A stretch of 64,000 bases of DNA from Paraspadella gotoi. Taxonomy: Eukaryota; Animalia; Chaetognatha. Below are positions 59,628 through 64,000 of the stretch, one piece after another. The stretch's first letter is position 1; every line of letters starts with the position of its first letter. The notes under the pieces are model-generated. The model made no database searches. It saw only the letters and a program-made list of their open reading frames with translations, and had not been told where the DNA came from. Location: positions 4,223,025 through 4,287,024 of the forward strand of contig CM119265.1 of assembly GCA_051294375.1 (NCBI GenBank), read 5' to 3'. Both the position numbers and the translations under genes were made by a program.

Positions 59628-60400
59628 TTATATCATGTCAGAACCTCGAATTATGATAAATTATGCAAAAAAAAAACTATGTCCGTCCGTCCATCTGTCT
59701 GTCCGTCCGTCCGTCCGTCCGTCCGTCCGTCCCACCTTAGCAAAAAAACACCAATTACTCGTGATTGGATGGATGATTTAAATGAAATTTTGTGTGTGGG
59801 TAGGGAAGTGTGTGATTGAGCTGTATATGAAGTTTCGATGGAATCGTCCGAGTGGAAATGAGTTTAAATAGAAAAAACAAAAAAATATAATTCACTATTT
59901 GAACACCAATTGCTCATGAGTGGATGGGGCGATTGACCTGGAATTTTGTATGTGAGTAGGAAAGTGTGTGATTGAACAGGAAACCAAGTTTCGATGGAAT
60001 CGTTTGAGTGGCAATGAGTTTAAAAGGAAAAAACAAAAAACCTGTTTCACTAATTGATTATGATTTTTTTCCTTTTATATTAAATGTATATGCAGGATGT
60101 ATTAATAAATCAAATAATTAATTAGTTAATTAATCAATTAGTCAATTAATTAATCAGTAATGAATTAATCAGTCAATCAATCCGTCCATCCGTCCCACCT
60201 TAGCAAAAAGCTCCAATAACTCGTGATTGGCTGGTTGGATCGGAATGAAATTTTGTGTATGGGTAGGAACATGTATGATGAAGCTGGATATAAAGTTTCG
60301 ACGGAATCGTGTGAGTGGATTTGAGTTTAAATGGAAAAAAACATAAGTTGCATTACTAAAATCTTTTTACTTTTTTTTAACCAATAAATACAATACAGTC
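59628..60400 (+). mobile_element. Helentron family A, partial copy
   Basis: (GTCC)n and internal units in the same orientation as 10972-11749. Confidence 0.8.
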
Positions 60401-60469
60401 CGAGTGAAAATGAGATTAAATAATAATAAATAAATAATAATAATAAATAAATCGAAAAATAAATAACTT

Positions 60470-62095
60470 ATATTTCGAGTTTAATTTTTAGCAAGTGCAA
60501 AGTCTGGAAGGTACTTTTGTTTTACTTTTAGCCCGCATAAGCGAGCAGTTTGATCAAATGCGACCTCTCTAAACACTGTCAGCATTCCCAGACAAAAGAC
60601 AAAGTGAAACTGGAATCAGACTGACGAAGTGAAGTAAAGACTAAAGTGAAGTAAAATGAAGTAATGTAAAATAAAATAATAAAGTAAATATATATTGAAA
60701 AAAATGGCGATCCCGGAGTTGAATTCCCTCTGGAGGTTTATGGGAAAACGAAGAGAAAGAAGAGGAGAAAATAAAGTTTGTGTTTCTTTACGGAAAAGAA
60801 AATTTAAGACCATAACATTAACAACAATGATATTAAAAACGTTTTTAAGCTTCACGAGCTAAGGATTTCTTTGATCTCCAGGAATGCCATATATATTATA
60901 TTGGCATTTTTTAAAAAATTTTGTCAGCCTGGGAAAACGAAAGGTTAAAAGCAGCAGCAGCAACAGGCCGGCGATTTATGATTTTACAAGATAGTTTTAC
61001 AAATCCAAGATGCTTCTGATGGTCTGCTTAAGATATTTTTTAAAAGTTCATATGTATTATGCAGCGAGCATTTTTACAAACAAAATAACGTGAGAATTAC
61101 ATTTCGAAAAGATTTACAGCAATCAAAGTCAGGAAAAATATTTGGCGATCCCGGAGTTGAATTCGCAAACAACAATGATATGAAAAAACGTTTTTAAACT
61201 TCACGAGCTAAGAATTTCTTTTTAATTCTTTAAAAAATTTAATTATAATATTTTTTTTCATTGCCTTTAATAGATATTGTTTTTTGAACCTTCATCAACC
61301 AGTTTTAATAGTTTTAATAAATATTTGGATACGAACTTTGAGAGATAGAGAGAGAGGCAATTTTAACCTTGATATCCCTCACTCTCTCCGAATTATTAAA
61401 TGATCATTGTAATCATAAATAAAAACTATGTTACTTTGTAAATATTATTATTATATTTTTTATAAATTTATTAATATTAAATATTATTTTTTGAAATGTT
61501 AAATTATTGTATACTTAAGCCAAAAACTTAATTTTAATTTAACTCTAATTTACCCTTAACTTACCCCTAACCCAAACTTACCCCTAACCCAAATTTACCC
61601 TAACCTAAACTTACCTCTACCCCTAACTTACCCCTAACCCTAGCTTACCCCTAACTTACCCCTAACCATAACTTACCCCTAACCCTAACTTNNNNNNNNN
61701 NNNNNNNNNNNNNNNNTAATAAACTTAATTTTCGAGTTTAATTTTTAGCAAGTGCAAAGTCTGGAAGGTACTTTTGTTTTACTTTTAGCCCGCATAAGCG
61801 AGCAGTTTGATCAAATGCGACCTCTCTAAACACTGTCAGCATTCCCAGACAAAAGACAAAGTGAAACTGGAATCAGACTGACGAAGTGAAGTAAAGACTA
61901 AAGTGAAGTAAAATGAAGTAATGTAAAATAAAATAATAAAGTAAATATATATTGAAAAAAAATGGCGATCCCGGAGTTGAATTCCCTCTGGAGGTTGTTA
62001 TGAAACGAAAGAGAAAGAAGAGGAGAAAATAAAGTTTGTTTCTTTACGGAAAAGAAAATTTAAGACCATAACATTAACAACAATGATATTAAAAT
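60470..62095. repeat. ~370-nt direct repeat (60470-60840 and 61730-62095) spanning an N gap
   Basis: Near-identical text from TTTCGAGTTTAATTTTTAGC to CAATGATATTAAAA. Confidence 0.85.
61540..61691. repeat. Degenerate (CCCTAA/CTTACC)n tract
   Basis: Telomere-like units mixed with CTTAC, running into an N gap. Confidence 0.8.
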
Positions 62096-62211
62096 CTCTC
62101 TCTTAATAAGTTATTTTACTGTTTTATAATTTATTCTTTTTTTTAGTATCAAAATATGTCGTTAATCCAGATTTTTCTTATGCGATTGCGACGATCCTTG
62201 TGCTTTTAAGA

Positions 62212-62524
62212 TTTTTTTCCATTTAATCTCATTTTCACTCGGACGATTCCATCAAAACTTCAGATCCAGCTCAATCATACATTTCCCTACCCACACACAA
62301 AATTTCATTCCAATCCATCAATCCAATCACGAGTAATTGGTGTTTTTTGCTAAGGTGGGACAGACGGACGGCCGTACAGACGTCGTTTTTTTTGCATAAT
62401 TTATCATAATACGATATTCTGAAATGATATAAGTGAATGCCCGACAAGATTGAGGGGGCAGACCGACGGACCGACAGAGTGAATTATAGAGTCGGAATCT
62501 GCTGAAAGCAGATCCGACTAAAAA
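62212..62524 (-). mobile_element. Helentron family A, partial copy
   Basis: Ends GAGTCGGAATCTGCTGAAAGCAGATCCGACTAAAAA. Confidence 0.8.
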
Positions 62525-63549
62525 CTGAATAAAAAATTTGGCAAATAAATGACTTAAAATTGAGTAATAAAATGAGACGAAGTAGTTAAAATTAAGAGAG
62601 AGAGACAAAGCTTCCAAAAAAGATTTAGAACAGGACACTGGTTAGATGGTAAGCACATAAGTTTAAGGAGAGTGAATAAGAAATGAAAAATAGTCAATTC
62701 CAGTGAAAGCATTTATATTACATTTAACAATGTAATAAGTGTAAGTGAAATTAATTTAATTTAACATTAAATTTATATCAAATTAAAATGAAAATCTAGT
62801 AAAGATTTAAATATTTACAGTAAGAGAAATAAAGTGAAATTATTAGAATAATTTTGTGTTTTAAGCTCTTTCTTATTTTTTTTATAATTTCACTTTCTCT
62901 TAATTTTATTTGATTACAATTTAATTTTAAAATTAAATTTATTTCACTTAAAAAACTTAATAACTGTTGCTTTCAAAGTTTAAAATTTAATATTTAATAA
63001 TTTAAAAAGTTAATATCATTATCTGTCCTCACCACATAAGAAGTGTCCTTTTCTAAATCTTTGTTGGAAGCTTTATGTGTCTCTCTATCTCCATCTCTCT
63101 AAATTAAACCTTTAATTTTTTGGGGGGAGGGACACATTTTAGAATATATTAAAATAATTAAAATTGGATAAAGAAAGCTTTTAGAAAATGACTTGCTATA
63201 CGAAAATCCACTAATAAGTTCGTATTTATCAACAAATTTTGTTAGTTTTTTTTCTACTTAGATTAAAATATTTTTTTAAAAATTTAATGCTTGATAAACG
63301 TTCCATGTTTTACTCAGAACAATAAGCATCTGCTCTGATCATGATCAGATCAGGCACAGTCACAAAGAATTCTTTACTCTAAATTATTTAAATTTAAAAT
63401 CCTGAACATTCAGCTGCATTTACTTATTTATTTCATCAAAAAAGGTAGCCTAAATAAAGTTGCAGTTACAAAGTGGAATTTATTTGGCATTAAAAATCAG
63501 AAATATAAACAGTTAAACATTAATTATGAATGATTTGATTACAAAATTA

Positions 63550-64000
63550 ATAAGTTTGAGCAAACAATGTCGGATCTGTCTACGAAAATTATATTAATTA
63601 ATTAATCGATTAAAATTAATTTACATTAATATAAATAATTTTAATGTAATGTGATAAGGTTGCAATATATACAGCTTATATCAGTCGATGGTCGTCTTAA
63701 ATACAAGTAAATGATGACTTATATTGTTTCAATTTAAACTCAGATTTCCACTCAACAATTCCGTCAAACTTTATATTAGGCTTCTTCACAAACTTTCCTT
63801 CACCGTCACATAAATTTCATCTCAATCTTATTAAGGGTTTAAAATACAGTGAAGAAAGAGTCAAGTTAAATGTGACTCATATTTTTTTCATTTAAACTCA
63901 TTTTCACTGTACGAAGTTATATTATCAATGCGTCGTACATACATTTCTTAACCTCACACCAACAATTTGCACACATCAATCGTATCTGCATCAAATTATT
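63550..64000 (-). mobile_element. Helentron family A copy running off the window end
   Basis: AAGTTTGAGCAAACAATGTCGGATCTG terminus plus degenerate internal units. Confidence 0.7.

Noticed and set aside
61540-61691. Telomere (TTAGGG)n
   Set aside because: The units are degenerate and mixed. Similar TTAGGG-like tracts occur internally at ~3000-3100, 7130-7260, 57200-57320 and 59520-59630, so this is a dispersed low-complexity repeat.
60470-62095. LTR pair
   Set aside because: There are no TG...CA ends, PBS, PPT or internal coding sequence. The copies straddle an N gap, so this is probably a scaffold overlap or local duplication.

Overview
This is AT-rich genomic DNA from an invertebrate animal, from a draft assembly with several N gaps; the species cannot be determined from the sequence. 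Host genes: a GAF-domain class I phosphodiesterase closest to PDE10 (+, 11 exons visible, 5' end outside the window or in gaps), an SLC16/MCT-like MFS transporter (-), a full-length ABCC/MRP1-like exporter (-), the last exon of a BPHL-like hydrolase (-) and the 5' exons of an innexin (-). The last two are frameshifted. Introns carry non-autonomous Helentron/DINE-1-like elements, tRNA-derived SINEs and pseudogenes, Penelope-type minimal hammerhead motifs, a 5'-truncated U2 snRNA and satellites. The standout feature is a BEL/Pao LTR retrotransposon (-, ~46.9-56.0 kb, 5' end lost in a gap). Between its integrase and its putative PPT/3' LTR lie six tandem, same-strand, intronless ORFs that do not resemble env. 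Each ORF has its own 3' splice-acceptor-like motif just upstream of the ATG, four have a poly(A) hexamer overlapping the stop, and the putative LTR contains two consensus splice donors. This suggests an operon-like or complex-retrovirus-like accessory gene cassette. The PDE gene also shows a Gln-to-Glu change at the invariant substrate-binding residue, a GC-AG intron and a minisatellite built from a 5' splice site. All calls were made by eye, and exon boundaries may be off by a few nucleotides.
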